Origin: Candidatus Fermentibacterota bacterium
GTDB taxonomy: Bacteria > Fermentibacterota > Fermentibacteria > Fermentibacterales > JCC-6
Assembly: GCA_963845085.1 (NCBI GenBank)
Contig: CAWJQI010000001.1
Coordinates: 192,001 to 256,000, forward strand
Direction: 5' to 3'
Length of the DNA: 64,000 nucleotides
A program made the translations under genes and the position numbers. Below are positions 1-10,100 of the stretch, piece after piece (position 1 is the first letter of the stretch; the number at the start of each line of letters is the position of its first letter). Below the pieces are notes generated by a model. It made no database searches. It was given only the letters and a program-made list of their open reading frames with translations, and was not told the origin of the DNA.

Positions 1-1208
1 CCGATGATCCCGTACTTCTTTCCGACCTTGTGGAAGGCCTCAACACATTTGTCTATGTGGTGGTCTTCGTGGGCCGCGGAAAGCTGCACCCTTATCCTCG
101 CCGCCCCGGCCGGAACGACAGGGAAGAAGAAGCCGATCACGTAGATGCCCTCGGCGTACATGTCACGGGACATGTCGTTGGCAAGCTTGGCATTGAAGAG
201 CATCACCGGAACGATCGGAGTCTCGCCCTCGCGAACGCAGAGCCCCGCTTCCGTGATGCCCTTTCGGAACCTCGCGGTGTTGCGCTCGAGCTTGTCACGG
301 CGCTCGGTGCTTTTCGAAATGAGGTCGATGACGGTTATGGACGCGGCAACTATCGGTGGCGCCATGGAGTTGGAGAAGAGGTACGGCCTTGCCTTCTGCC
401 GGCAGAGCTCCACTATCTCCTTCCTCCCCGAGACACAGCCGCCGGAGGCGCCGCCAAGCCCCTTGCCGAAGGTGGTGGTGATGATGTCGATCCTGTCCAT
501 CACACCGAAATGCTCGTGGGTGCCCCGCCCTGTCCTGCCGATGAAGCCCGAGGCATGGGATTCGTCGACCAGGATCATGGCGTCGTACTTGTCGCAAAGA
601 GCGCACATCTGGTCGAGGGGGGCGAGGTCGCCGTCCATCGAGAAGACGCCGTCGGTCACAACGAGCCTTGTGCGCTTGTCCTGGTGGAGGATCAGCTTGT
701 TCTCGAGATGCTTCATGTCCATGTGCTTGAAGGTGTCGTACTCGGCCGAGCAGAGCCTGATGCCGTCAACCAGGGAAGCATGGATCAGCCTGTCCGCGAT
801 GATCACATCCTGCTGGCTGAGAACGGCTTCGAACACGCCCGAGTTGGCGTCCATGCACGAAGGGAAAAGCAGGGTGGCCTCCATGCCGAGAAACGCCGAC
901 ATCCTGTCCTGGAGCTCGCGGTGGATGTCCTGCGTGCCGCATATGAAACGGACCGAGCTCATGCCGTAGCCCCGCTCATCAAGACCCCTGTGGGCGGCGG
1001 CGACCACGTCAGGGTGGCTGGAGAGCCCGAGGTAGTTGTTGGCGCAGAAGTTGAGAACCCTCTTCTTTGGTGCGCCCTCGGGGAACTCGACAAGGATCTC
1101 GGCGTCCTGCGGTGAGCAGATGAACCGTTTCTCCTTGTAGAGACCCTTCTCCCTGATGGTGTCTATCTCGGAGCTGAACGTGCTCCTTGTTTTATCGCTG
1201 TATGCCAT
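1..1208 (-). CDS. kbl: Glycine C-acetyltransferase / 2-amino-3-ketobutyrate CoA ligase-like PLP alpha-oxoamine synthase (3' end cut by window edge)
   Basis: Absent from the ORF track because no stop lies in the window. Manual minus-strand translation from ATG 1208 gives MAYSDKTRSTFSSEIDTIREKGLYKEKRFI..VLNFCANNYLGLSSHP..GYGMSSVRFICGTQDIH..IHASLVDG..VDESHASG..TTTFGKGLGG (PLP lysine). AGGAG RBS upstream. Confidence 0.9.
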   Translation of the reverse strand, partial: MAYSDKTRSTFSSEIDTIREKGLYKEKRFICSPQDAEILVEFPEGAPKKRVLNFCANNYLGLSSHPDVVAAAHRGLDERGYGMSSVRFICGTQDIHRELQDRMSAFLGMEATLLFPSCMDANSGVFEAVLSQQDVIIADRLIHASLVDGIRLCSAEYDTFKHMDMKHLENKLILHQDKRTRLVVTDGVFSMDGDLAPLDQMCALCDKYDAMILVDESHASGFIGRTGRGTHEHFGVMDRIDIITTTFGKGLGGASGGCVSGRKEIVELCRQKARPYLFSNSMAPPIVAASITVIDLISKSTERRDKLERNTARFRKGITEAGLCVREGETPIVPVMLFNAKLANDMSRDMYAEGIYVIGFFFPVVPAGAARIRVQLSAAHEDHHIDKCVEAFHKVGKKYGII

Positions 1209-1221
1209 TCGTCAGCTCCTG

Positions 1222-1470
1222 TCAGCCCTGGTGTTTCTTGACCAGTTTGCAGATGGATGTGACGGTGTCAAAGGCTTCCGGTGTGGCCTCGTCGTCAGGA
1301 AGCTTTATGCTGTACTTCTTCTCGAGGAACACCTTCAGGGAGACCATCGAGAAACTGTCCACCAGCCCCGACGAGATCAGGGCGGTGTCGTACCCGACGT
1401 CCAGTTCGTCATCCTCGTCCACGTACTCGCCGATAACGTACTGCAGGATCACGTCTTTCATATCATCCAT
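1222..1470 (-). CDS. Acyl carrier protein
   Basis: 82 aa, acidic, with GLVDSFSMV phosphopantetheine-serine motif. Confidence 0.9.
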   Translation of the reverse strand: MDDMKDVILQYVIGEYVDEDDELDVGYDTALISSGLVDSFSMVSLKVFLEKKYSIKLPDDEATPEAFDTVTSICKLVKKHQG

Positions 1471-1502
1471 TTCGTTTCCTTCCGTGAAAGTGCCGGGTTG
1501 TT

Positions 1503-3248
1503 TCAGTCATCCTCAAGGGTGGAAAGATCGCCGGTTTCCTCACCCCACTCCAGCGCTCTGAGGTAGCGCCGAAGTATCTTTCCGGAGCGGGTTTTTGGAA
1601 GCTTTTCAAGGTACTCAATCTCCTGCGGCATTGCCAGGGGAGAAAGCCTTTTCCTTATGAAGTTCATTATGGAGAGCTCAAGATCATCGTTGGGCTCGTA
1701 TCCGGGGTTCAGCGTCACGAAGGCCTTCACGACCTCCATGTTCACCTCGTCCGGCTTACCCACGGCGGCCGCTTCGGCTATGGCCTCATGCTCGATCAGT
1801 GCCGATTCCACCTCGAACGGACCAACGAGGTGTCCGCCGGTGTTTATAACGTCGTCGTCCCTGCCCACGAACCAGTAGTAGCCTTCCCGGTCGATGCTGG
1901 CCCGGTCGCCGGAGACGTACCAGAGGTTCTGGTTGGCCCTCAGCTCCTTCGGGGAGGCGTTCTCGGGGGCGCCGGGGAACTTGCTGCGGTACAGGTCGGG
2001 CCGCTGCCAGTATTCGCGGAACATCGAGGGCCAGCCCGGTCTGAAGGCGATGAGCCCCACCTGCCCCGGTTCGGTCACCGGCTGGTGGGTCTTGAGGTCG
2101 AGCACCGTGGCGGTGATCCCGGGGAACGGTTTGCCCATCGAGCCGGGCTTGATCTTCATGCCCGGGTAGTTGGTGATCATCATTGCACCGGTCTCGGTCT
2201 GCCAGAACGTGTCATGGAATGCGAGGCCGAATACCTTTTCACTCCAGATCACGGCTTCGGAGTTGAGGGGCTCACCCACCGAGGCGAGGTGTCTGAGCGT
2301 GGAGAGATCGAACTTCTTCACCGTTTCTTCGCCGTCCCTCATAAGCGAGCGGATGGCGGTGGGTGCGGAATACCAGACCGTCACCCTGTTGTCCTGGATG
2401 AACTGGTACCATCTGGCCGATGTGAAACCCGAGTCGAGGACGCACTGGGTGACGCCGAGGCTCCAGGGACCGATGATGCCGTAACTGGTTCCCGTCACCC
2501 AGCCCGGATCCGCGGTGCACCAGTAAACGTCATCCTCTTTCAGGTCGAGAACCCAGTGGGCGGTCAGGGACTGCCCCATGACCGATCCGTGAACGTGCTG
2601 CGCGCCTTTGGGCTGGCCTGTCGTGCCCGAAGTGTAGTGAAGCACGGAAGGCGTCTCGGGGCCCGATTTGTAGGCATCGAAATGCTCGATCCGCGGTGCG
2701 GTTTCAAAGTCGTAGAAGTGCTCGCCCTCGCGAAGCTTGTCGGGTGTGCCCTCCACGACTATCACGTGCCTGAGTTCAGGAAGGCTGTCCTGGATGGCCC
2801 TGACCTTCTTGACATGCTTCTGGGTTGTGAGGATCGCCTTCGTGCCCGCCCCGGCAAGCCTCACCGAGAGGGACTCGTCGCCGAATGCGCTGAAGAGCGG
2901 CTGGGCTATTGCACCGAGTTTAAGGACGCCGAGAAAGGAGATGTAAAGGGCCGGTATCTTGTCCATGAAAATGCATACACGGTCGCCGGGCACGATCCCG
3001 ACAGATTCGAGGAGATGGGCGAATCCGTTGGAATAGACCCTTATGTCATCAAAGGTGAAGGTCTTCTTCTTTCCCCCGAAGCCTTCCCATATCATTGCAG
3101 TCTTCCGGGCTCCGCCCCGGGCGCAGATCCTGTCGGAACAGATGGATCCGATGTTGAGAAGCTCGCCTTCCTTCCAGTCCAGAACCTTCTCGGCGATCTT
3201 CCAGTCGAAGTCCTTCAGTCTCTGTTCATAGCTTCCGATGTTGCTCAA
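1503..3248 (-). CDS. acsA: Acetate-CoA ligase-type AMP-forming acyl ligase (AcsA family)
   Basis: Motifs LHYTSGTTGQPKG, YWCTADPGWVTG, DTFWQTETG, GRDDD, LPKTRSGKILRR. Probable TTG start at 3248 overlapping the acpS stop (TTGA) after GGAAGGGG; the ORF track extends to 3434. Confidence 0.88.
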   Translation of the reverse strand: MSNIGSYEQRLKDFDWKIAEKVLDWKEGELLNIGSICSDRICARGGARKTAMIWEGFGGKKKTFTFDDIRVYSNGFAHLLESVGIVPGDRVCIFMDKIPALYISFLGVLKLGAIAQPLFSAFGDESLSVRLAGAGTKAILTTQKHVKKVRAIQDSLPELRHVIVVEGTPDKLREGEHFYDFETAPRIEHFDAYKSGPETPSVLHYTSGTTGQPKGAQHVHGSVMGQSLTAHWVLDLKEDDVYWCTADPGWVTGTSYGIIGPWSLGVTQCVLDSGFTSARWYQFIQDNRVTVWYSAPTAIRSLMRDGEETVKKFDLSTLRHLASVGEPLNSEAVIWSEKVFGLAFHDTFWQTETGAMMITNYPGMKIKPGSMGKPFPGITATVLDLKTHQPVTEPGQVGLIAFRPGWPSMFREYWQRPDLYRSKFPGAPENASPKELRANQNLWYVSGDRASIDREGYYWFVGRDDDVINTGGHLVGPFEVESALIEHEAIAEAAAVGKPDEVNMEVVKAFVTLNPGYEPNDDLELSIMNFIRKRLSPLAMPQEIEYLEKLPKTRSGKILRRYLRALEWGEETGDLSTLEDD

Positions 3249-3637
3249 GGCTTCCCCTTCCGTTCTTTGCTCCGTTCGAGGACCACCAGTGCCATTGCCG
3301 CAGTTCCGCAATGGCTTATGGAAACGCGCACCGCTTCGACACTTTTCCGGGCCGCCTTCAACGCAGCGTTCCCGTGAAGGCGGATTCCCACTTCGCCAGA
3401 TCCGCTGTTCCTGAGGACCTCGATCTGGTTCCACTCAAGCCCGCAGCCATGGCACCCAAGGGCCTTTATCACAGCTTCCTTCGCGGCAAACCTTCCCGCG
3501 TAGCTCTCATGACACCGGGCCCTTGAACCGGCGTACCTTGCCTCTTCGGGAAGGAACGCGCCCGATATGAAATCATCGGTCAGGCGTTCCCTGAACTCTG
3601 CGAGATCAACGATATGAATGCCCACCGCCATTATCAA
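3245..3637 (-). CDS. acpS: Holo-ACP synthase (phosphopantetheinyl transferase)
   Basis: 130 aa with YAGRFAAKEAVIKALG, IEVLRN and VSISH motifs. The N-terminal GxD motif reads GIH. Confidence 0.85.
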   Translation of the reverse strand: MIMAVGIHIVDLAEFRERLTDDFISGAFLPEEARYAGSRARCHESYAGRFAAKEAVIKALGCHGCGLEWNQIEVLRNSGSGEVGIRLHGNAALKAARKSVEAVRVSISHCGTAAMALVVLERSKERKGKP

Positions 3638-3734
3638 TACGCACCCCCGGTGAAGTTCGGCGGCGACACTTCGGTATGAACGCCGTTTTCCGCACCAACC
3701 CTAACCACGAACCCTTCCAATGTCCACCGGCGGT

Positions 3735-5900
3735 TCAGAACCATATCGCCTTGTAAATGGCGTAGTTGTGATGGACAATCTCAACGTATTTCTTGGTCTC
3801 GTTGTAAGAGATCCTCGAGAAGAACTCCTCCGGCCCCGCCGAGCCGGCTCCCCAGCGGCGGGCGTTGTGGGGGCCTCCGTTATAGGCGGCGAGCGTTTCG
3901 ATGACGTTCCCTCCCATTTCCCGGGAGTACCCCGAAATGCAAGCCGTTCCGTACTCGATCGATACGGCGGGTTCATACAGCGCGTCGGGGGAGAACCTTT
4001 CCCATCCCATTTCGGATGCGACGTATTCGGATGTGCTCGGTATCATCTGAAGAAGCCCCCTTGCTCCGGCAGTCGAGTAGACCCTGGGCGAAAACCCGCT
4101 CTCCTGCTTCATTATGCTCCAGATGAGAAGCGGATCGAGGGCTGTCCGACCGCACGCGCTGCTGACCTCCGCTTCCCAGGCCTGCGGGTAGCGGAGCCTC
4201 CAGAGTTCAAGGGGTCTGTTCGCACCCTCCAGGCTCCACATGTTGTATGCGGCCCACGGCCCCCTCTCCCAGATTCCGTGTTCGGCGTAGAAAGGACCGA
4301 GCCTGAATGCGCCGCCGACTTCCGTCTCGGCTGCACGGAAAAGCTCGAGCGCCCACGCCCTCCTGCCGACGGAAACAAGGAAGGCGCCGGTGATCGCAGA
4401 CTCGGGGGGAACGGCCTGCGGCCGTTCGTTTCTCGCCATCCATTGATCAAGCGGCTCGAGGGTGTATGAGGGCTGCCAGGGCGGCAAACCGAGGTACTCC
4501 CGCGCGAACAGGGCAGGAAGGCTCTCGGGCTTTTCTGCTATCAATGCCTGCAGAACTCCCTGTCCAGCAGGATCGCCGGCTTCGACCAGCAGCCTTCCAT
4601 GCCAGTACCTGGCCGGAGGCGAGTAGACGCTCTCCGGCCAGCGCGCCGTGAATTCCGCGAACCCGTCACATGCTCCGGGATCGCCGGTTTTAAGAAGGCC
4701 GAGGCACAGATAGAAATGGGCGTCGTCCGCCGTCGTGTTTTCAGGATATCTGGCCAGCGTTTCACGGAAATAAGGCAGGGCTTGCTCCCAATCGCCGTTC
4801 TCGGCGAGCAGGCTGCCCCGGTACCAGGGCAGATTGCTGATCCTGACATGATCCGGCCAGCTCTGCTCGTACTGCGAAAAAAGATCGAGTGCTTCTTCCA
4901 CACCGCCCATGGCGGCAAGGCTTCTTGCAAGGTTGATCGTCGCGTCGGGCGCATCTGCGCCCATGGGCCAGAGCCGCAGATACTCACGGAGCATGTCGGA
5001 GGCTTCCTGGAAAAGACCGAGCCTGTCCCTCGTTCTCGCCGCCAGGTAATAGAGGTGAGGCGGTGGAGACGCGCTCTCAACGGCCAGCTGGTGCAGCTGG
5101 TTCCACATTCCCCCGCTGTAGTAATGCTCGGCCACCGACAAGGCGAGCGCGGGGTCGGAAAGCAGCCTGTCGCGCAGGACGTCGAACGCCGCGCCATGCA
5201 TGTCGCCGGCGGGCCAAAGCTCAAGGGAGGTCACGAGGTCGCCCTCCCAGCCGGACGAACCGGCGGCGCGCCTGAACATCCCCCTGTGATGGTGAAACAC
5301 GGACATGACCTCGGGTTCTTCGAGCGCTTCGGCTCTTCGCCACAGAGTCTCCTGGAGGCCGGTGTCACCCGTTCCCAGGGCCGCCCTGTATGAGAGCACG
5401 AGCTGGTCTGTTCCGGCCGCGCCCGGAAGGCTCTCTCCCGCATGATCGAGAAAAACAAGCGCCTCGCCGTAGCGGGCGGCTTCCACCAGGGCCTGTGCCG
5501 CGGCAAGCGCCGCATACTCGGAGTGCGGAGTTCCGCGGGACAGGATCAGGGTTTCGAGCTCAACCGCCGCATCGGCCCCGCCGAGGCGTATCGCCTCGAA
5601 CACCGCCACCGGGTCGGGTCGTTCGAGCAGCAGCCTTGCCGCGCCGGGATTGGAACTGATGGCCACCGAAGCCGCCCTGTGGGCAAGTTCGGACCTTGCA
5701 GGGTCGGATGCGGAAAGAAGCAGCGCGGCCTCAACGTAATGATCCGCCGCCTCATCAAACCGGCCGGCCAGAGCAAGGCTGTCTGCCGTCAGTGCAAGGC
5801 TTGCGCTCCGCTCTTCAGGGCTTTCCGGGGGTGTGTCGACGGTAGTGCTGCCGCATCCGCAGAACAGACACAGCAGGACCAGCCTGACCCCCCGCCTCAA
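3735..5900 (-). CDS. Soluble lytic transglycosylase (SLT domain) lipoprotein with TPR/BamD-like repeats
   Basis: Cys-containing lipoprotein signal (CLFCGCG), TPR helices, C-terminal SLT motifs IMKQESGF, GARGLLQMIPST, LAAYNGG, ETKKYV. Confidence 0.88.
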   Translation of the reverse strand: MRRGVRLVLLCLFCGCGSTTVDTPPESPEERSASLALTADSLALAGRFDEAADHYVEAALLLSASDPARSELAHRAASVAISSNPGAARLLLERPDPVAVFEAIRLGGADAAVELETLILSRGTPHSEYAALAAAQALVEAARYGEALVFLDHAGESLPGAAGTDQLVLSYRAALGTGDTGLQETLWRRAEALEEPEVMSVFHHHRGMFRRAAGSSGWEGDLVTSLELWPAGDMHGAAFDVLRDRLLSDPALALSVAEHYYSGGMWNQLHQLAVESASPPPHLYYLAARTRDRLGLFQEASDMLREYLRLWPMGADAPDATINLARSLAAMGGVEEALDLFSQYEQSWPDHVRISNLPWYRGSLLAENGDWEQALPYFRETLARYPENTTADDAHFYLCLGLLKTGDPGACDGFAEFTARWPESVYSPPARYWHGRLLVEAGDPAGQGVLQALIAEKPESLPALFAREYLGLPPWQPSYTLEPLDQWMARNERPQAVPPESAITGAFLVSVGRRAWALELFRAAETEVGGAFRLGPFYAEHGIWERGPWAAYNMWSLEGANRPLELWRLRYPQAWEAEVSSACGRTALDPLLIWSIMKQESGFSPRVYSTAGARGLLQMIPSTSEYVASEMGWERFSPDALYEPAVSIEYGTACISGYSREMGGNVIETLAAYNGGPHNARRWGAGSAGPEEFFSRISYNETKKYVEIVHHNYAIYKAIWF

Positions 5901-7132
5901 TTAGCTTCGCCTCCGGTGTAGGCCGCGAGCTCGGCTTTGACATCGGGATTCCCGGGGGCAAGGGCGGATGCCCTTTCAAGCGTCAAAACGGCTTCGGAGT
6001 GGCGTCCCGCTTCAGCCAGCGCCCTGCTGTAGGCTATCATTGTTCTTATCGAGGGGGCCTCGTCGGCCATGAACTTCTCGAGGAAGGAAATGGATTCACC
6101 CGTCCTTCCGCCGGCCAGAAGCAGGACACCGAGCCCCGAAACGGCCTGGTCAAGGTCGGGCTTTATTTCAAGGGCCTTCCTGAATGATGCCTCGGCCTCC
6201 GCTTCCTCACCGGAAGCAGCCTGCACGTGCGCGAGGTTGCACCAGATCTCGGGACGGTTGGCGTCGAGGTTGATGGCTTCCTTCAGGTCTTCCGAGGCGG
6301 CCGCGTACTCACCGAGGTTGTAGTGGTGCACGGCGCTTCTGTTGAGGGTGCTGATCCCCTCCTCCATGGCCTTCCCGGCAAACCGCTCGGTGACCTCCTG
6401 CATCTCAGTTAAAAACTGGATATTCCTTTCGAGCCCCTTCGAGAGCTCCTCTTTTACTGCTTCCACGGCCTTCTCGGTCTTCCTCCCGGCCTTGTTCATG
6501 TCCTCGAGAGCAAGTTCCGTGCTCTTCATCGCGGCTTCGGCCTTTTCAAGATGAGCTGCGGTTTCCGCCCGCACGGCTTCGGCCCTCTCCTCGAGGGACG
6601 ACTGCATGGCCTTCACGGCATCGGGAATGGAGCCGATGGCGTCGATGACGAAACCTGACGCCTCGTTGATGCCGGCTGTGCGCTGTTCTGCGGACTCCCG
6701 GATCGATGCGTTCACCTCGGAGAGAAGTGCCGCAAGCTTTTCGCCCAACCCGGCGAGCTGCCCGGAAAGATCAGCGGGGCCCTGCCCGGTCTCCCGGCCG
6801 GCGAGGCCTGCGGAAAGGGCGTCGATCTTGTCACCGATGCCGGTCGTCATCCTTTCGAGCGCTGAATCCAGCCTCCCAAGTGCCTCATCGAGCGAACCTT
6901 CGGCCGAAGGGGCCTCCCCGCGTGAACCCGAACCGGCGACTGCGGCTTCGAGCCTCCCGAACTGTGACTCGAAGAAGCCTTCGCCCGGAAGGGCGGGAGT
7001 CGAAGTCTTCGCCACCTCGTCCCGAACGGCATCGAGCTTCGCAGCAAGAACATCCATCTTCTCCGACATCTGCAGAATGGCCTGTCCCAGTCCCCTGAGC
7101 AGCTGTTCCACGGTCACCTGGTTATCTGCCAT
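5897..7132 (-). CDS. Coiled-coil plus C-terminal tetratricopeptide repeat protein
   Basis: N-terminal heptad/apolipoprotein-like helices; C-terminal TPRs (AAASEDLKEAINLDANRPEIWCNLAHV, EAEASFRKALEIKPD). Overlaps both neighbours. Confidence 0.8.
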   Translation of the reverse strand: MADNQVTVEQLLRGLGQAILQMSEKMDVLAAKLDAVRDEVAKTSTPALPGEGFFESQFGRLEAAVAGSGSRGEAPSAEGSLDEALGRLDSALERMTTGIGDKIDALSAGLAGRETGQGPADLSGQLAGLGEKLAALLSEVNASIRESAEQRTAGINEASGFVIDAIGSIPDAVKAMQSSLEERAEAVRAETAAHLEKAEAAMKSTELALEDMNKAGRKTEKAVEAVKEELSKGLERNIQFLTEMQEVTERFAGKAMEEGISTLNRSAVHHYNLGEYAAASEDLKEAINLDANRPEIWCNLAHVQAASGEEAEAEASFRKALEIKPDLDQAVSGLGVLLLAGGRTGESISFLEKFMADEAPSIRTMIAYSRALAEAGRHSEAVLTLERASALAPGNPDVKAELAAYTGGEAN

Positions 7133-10100
7133 TGGTCATCCCCCGTCCCATATGCCTATTCCCCGTTTCAAGATCGCTTATGGTCCATGCTCGTTCGTGA
7201 TCAGCACCCATCGAGCTGAACAGGTCGGGGTGCCGTTCGCGCATGAACCTTTCCAGGGCCGCCTTCTCCATGGCAAGCCCCATCTGTGAAAACGCCCAGC
7301 GGAGAGTTTCAAGGTGTCCGGGGTCTCCGGACCGCCTGTAAAGGGCAAGCCATGCAGCGCATGCAGCCTCCCTTCTGCCGGAGGCCCACAGCGCCCGGCC
7401 CTCCTCCGAGGGAGCTCTCGAAAGTTTCGCCACGGAGTCCCGCAGCGCGGCGAGCAATGAATCATCGGCACGTGCTGCGCGGAACGCCTCGCCAGGCCTG
7501 CCGGCAGCGACCAGCAGGCGGATGAACCCCGTTGAGGCGGATCCGTCGGAACGCTCCAGCGCCCTGTCGACGAGCAGGGACGCCTTCTCCGAAAGCGCCG
7601 TTTCATCGGAATCGGCAAGCCTCATGGCGAAGGCCATGATGGTTTCGCTGTCAAGCGAGGACCTTGCAAGCGCTTTTGCGGCTTCAGCCGCTTCGGCCGG
7701 ATCGATGCGCCTCTCCGTCGGCAGAAACTCGGCCAGCCCCCGGACGATCAACTCGTCGGATCCGACCGACCTCCAGAAATCGCACCGCAGGGTTTCATCG
7801 GCAACGGCGTCGTTGAAAAGCTCCTCGTCGATTTCGGAGAAGCCCTTCCCGGCGAGTGCCACCCTTGCCCTGTGCGCGAGGGGCTGCATTCCCGACGCTG
7901 CGCAGGTTTGCTTCAGGGAGTGAACGGCCTTGAACATCCCGTCCACCGTCCAGCGGTCAAGACAGAGCCCGACTGAAGAGGCGGGGGGAGCGATGTCAAA
8001 GGGCGCCCCGGCCGAAGAGAACAATTCGGCGTCGCCTGAAGCTATCCCGATGAGCGCCCTGACCGATGGATCGGAAAGCCCAAGCATTGAGAACTGTTCG
8101 TAAAGGGAAGGATCGAGACGGAGCGCGGTGCATGCGGCTTCGGATACGTCGATCCCGGTCGAGTTCTTCACGGCGGTCGACGAGGCATAAAGAAGCAGTT
8201 CCGCGTTCCTGGTCCTCATGCCGTACCCGAGGGCCGCCTCGGCAAGTTCTGCGGCAGGGACCGGGCCCTTCTCAAGCGCCGTGTTGGCTGCCATTCTGAA
8301 GCCCCCCACGTCACCGGCGAAAAGGCGGGAGAGGGCAAGGAGCTTCCATATCTCCCAGGAGTCGACATGCTTCGAGGCTGTTTCCTCGAGAAACGCCCTG
8401 ACATCGTCCGATTCAATGCTTTTGGAAAGAACTCCCGCTGCGCCGGAAAGATCGCCGGAGTTCACGAGGGAACGGGCGAGCGCAAGCGTGGTCAGCCCCG
8501 AGGTTTCCTCCCCCGCCAGCGATTCGAGAACCTTCCTTGCAAGGGGGGCGGTTCCGCTGTCACGGGCGGCGGATGAAAGAAGCTCGACGGCCCTTGTTCG
8601 GTCACCCGTGGCTGCGGCCCTGCAGCCTTCCGCAAGGTCTGCCACGGTGCCTGCAGGTATGGCCACCGACTCCACGGAAACTGCCGCAGTGCCGAAACGT
8701 CCTGATTCGATGAAGTACTCGAGCCGGAACATCGCAGTGGAAAGGGGATCTCCGGTTTCGACACGTGCTGCGAGCGAATCCATCCATTCGGCGCGGGCCT
8801 CGGGTATGGAGAGCAGTGGAAGAAGCTTGGCGACCACGGCGCCCTGGCCGGCGGTGTTCAATGCCGGCATGAATGTTTCCGCGGCGGTTTTATGGAGCAG
8901 GCTCAAACGCATGTCTGCCACGAGGGAGGCCATCCTGACGGCCAGCGCGGGCTCCTTCGAGGCCTCGGCCATCGCAGGCGAGGCGGTGGCCGCGTCCTCC
9001 TGGGCTATCGCCGCCGCAGCCTGCACAAGGTACTCGGAAGGGGTTCCGGGTGTGAAACCTGAATCAAGGATCGCCCTTGCGTTCTCCCGGGCGAGCCCGT
9101 TGTCGAAAACCTCCAGAAGCCCCTCCTCCGACACCTTTTCCCCGCGGAGCAGGAGGGCGAGCCAGTCGGATGCCGTTGCCTTCGAATCTCCGATGCCGCC
9201 GGTGATGGATGCCCTGAACCTGCGGAGTCTCGGAAATCTGTCCATCAGGGGCGAAAGCCTGGAAAGAACGACCGCCATGTCGGAACGGGATTTCAGGTCC
9301 TTCCGCGTTGCAAGGTGCTGCATTGCGGCACCCGCCTCGCCCTCCCTGCCGACTATCATCTTGTGGACCGCAAGCAGGATCAGCACCGACGCATTTGTCT
9401 TCTCGCGTTGAAGAAGCTTCTGGATCTGGTTGAACACCCAGTCCGGGTCCTGCTCGAGCGAGTAGAGAATGATCTGGACAGCCTCTTCGACCGAGCCCTT
9501 CTCCACAAGGAACTCCCCGAGTTTCCTTGAAACCTTTCCATCGCGGTCCATCCCCTTCTCGATAACGCTTCTGCAGACTTCCGTCACAGGCGCCTGATCG
9601 AGATCGGGGCACTCGAACACCTTCGCCAGGGACTCCATGCCCTGGGTCGCCTCGCCTCTTGAGATCCTGAGGCGTGCCTGAAGCAGATGCGCCCGTGCGC
9701 TTCCCGGCGCCACCAGGACGATCCCGGTCGCAGCCTGTTCAAGAAGGGAGGCGTCCACCTCGCGGTCAAGCATGCCCTCGAGAACAGCGCACGCGTCGTT
9801 GATGCGGCCCGCTGCAGCCATGAGCCTGGCAAGCGCTATGGAGGCTTTTCCGGAGGTGTCCGACGGTATGAGGCTTTTCTCAATGATGCCGATCGCCTTC
9901 TCGATAACCTCGCGGTCGGCCTGAAGCAGGGTGGTAAGCTCGGCCACGGCGCGTTCGGTGTCGGAAAGGGCCACCAGTATGCGAATCCGCCCAAGATTGA
10001 CTTCCATGTCGGTGCCGCCGGTGCGGTTGGCGATCCATCCGCTGAGCCTTGAGAGGCTCTCGTCGGGGAACGACGACCGTTCCGCGGCGTTCACCAGAAC

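Noticed and set aside
30..3377. Long plus-strand ORFs 30-1115, 145-969 and 1788-3377
   Set aside because: Antisense shadows of kbl and the acyl ligase caused by high-GC codon bias; no recognisable motifs.
3640..3734. Possible structured leader or riboswitch upstream of acpS
   Set aside because: Only a short CGGCG/CGCCG pairing and a weak promoter-like spacing; no match to a riboswitch consensus I can identify.
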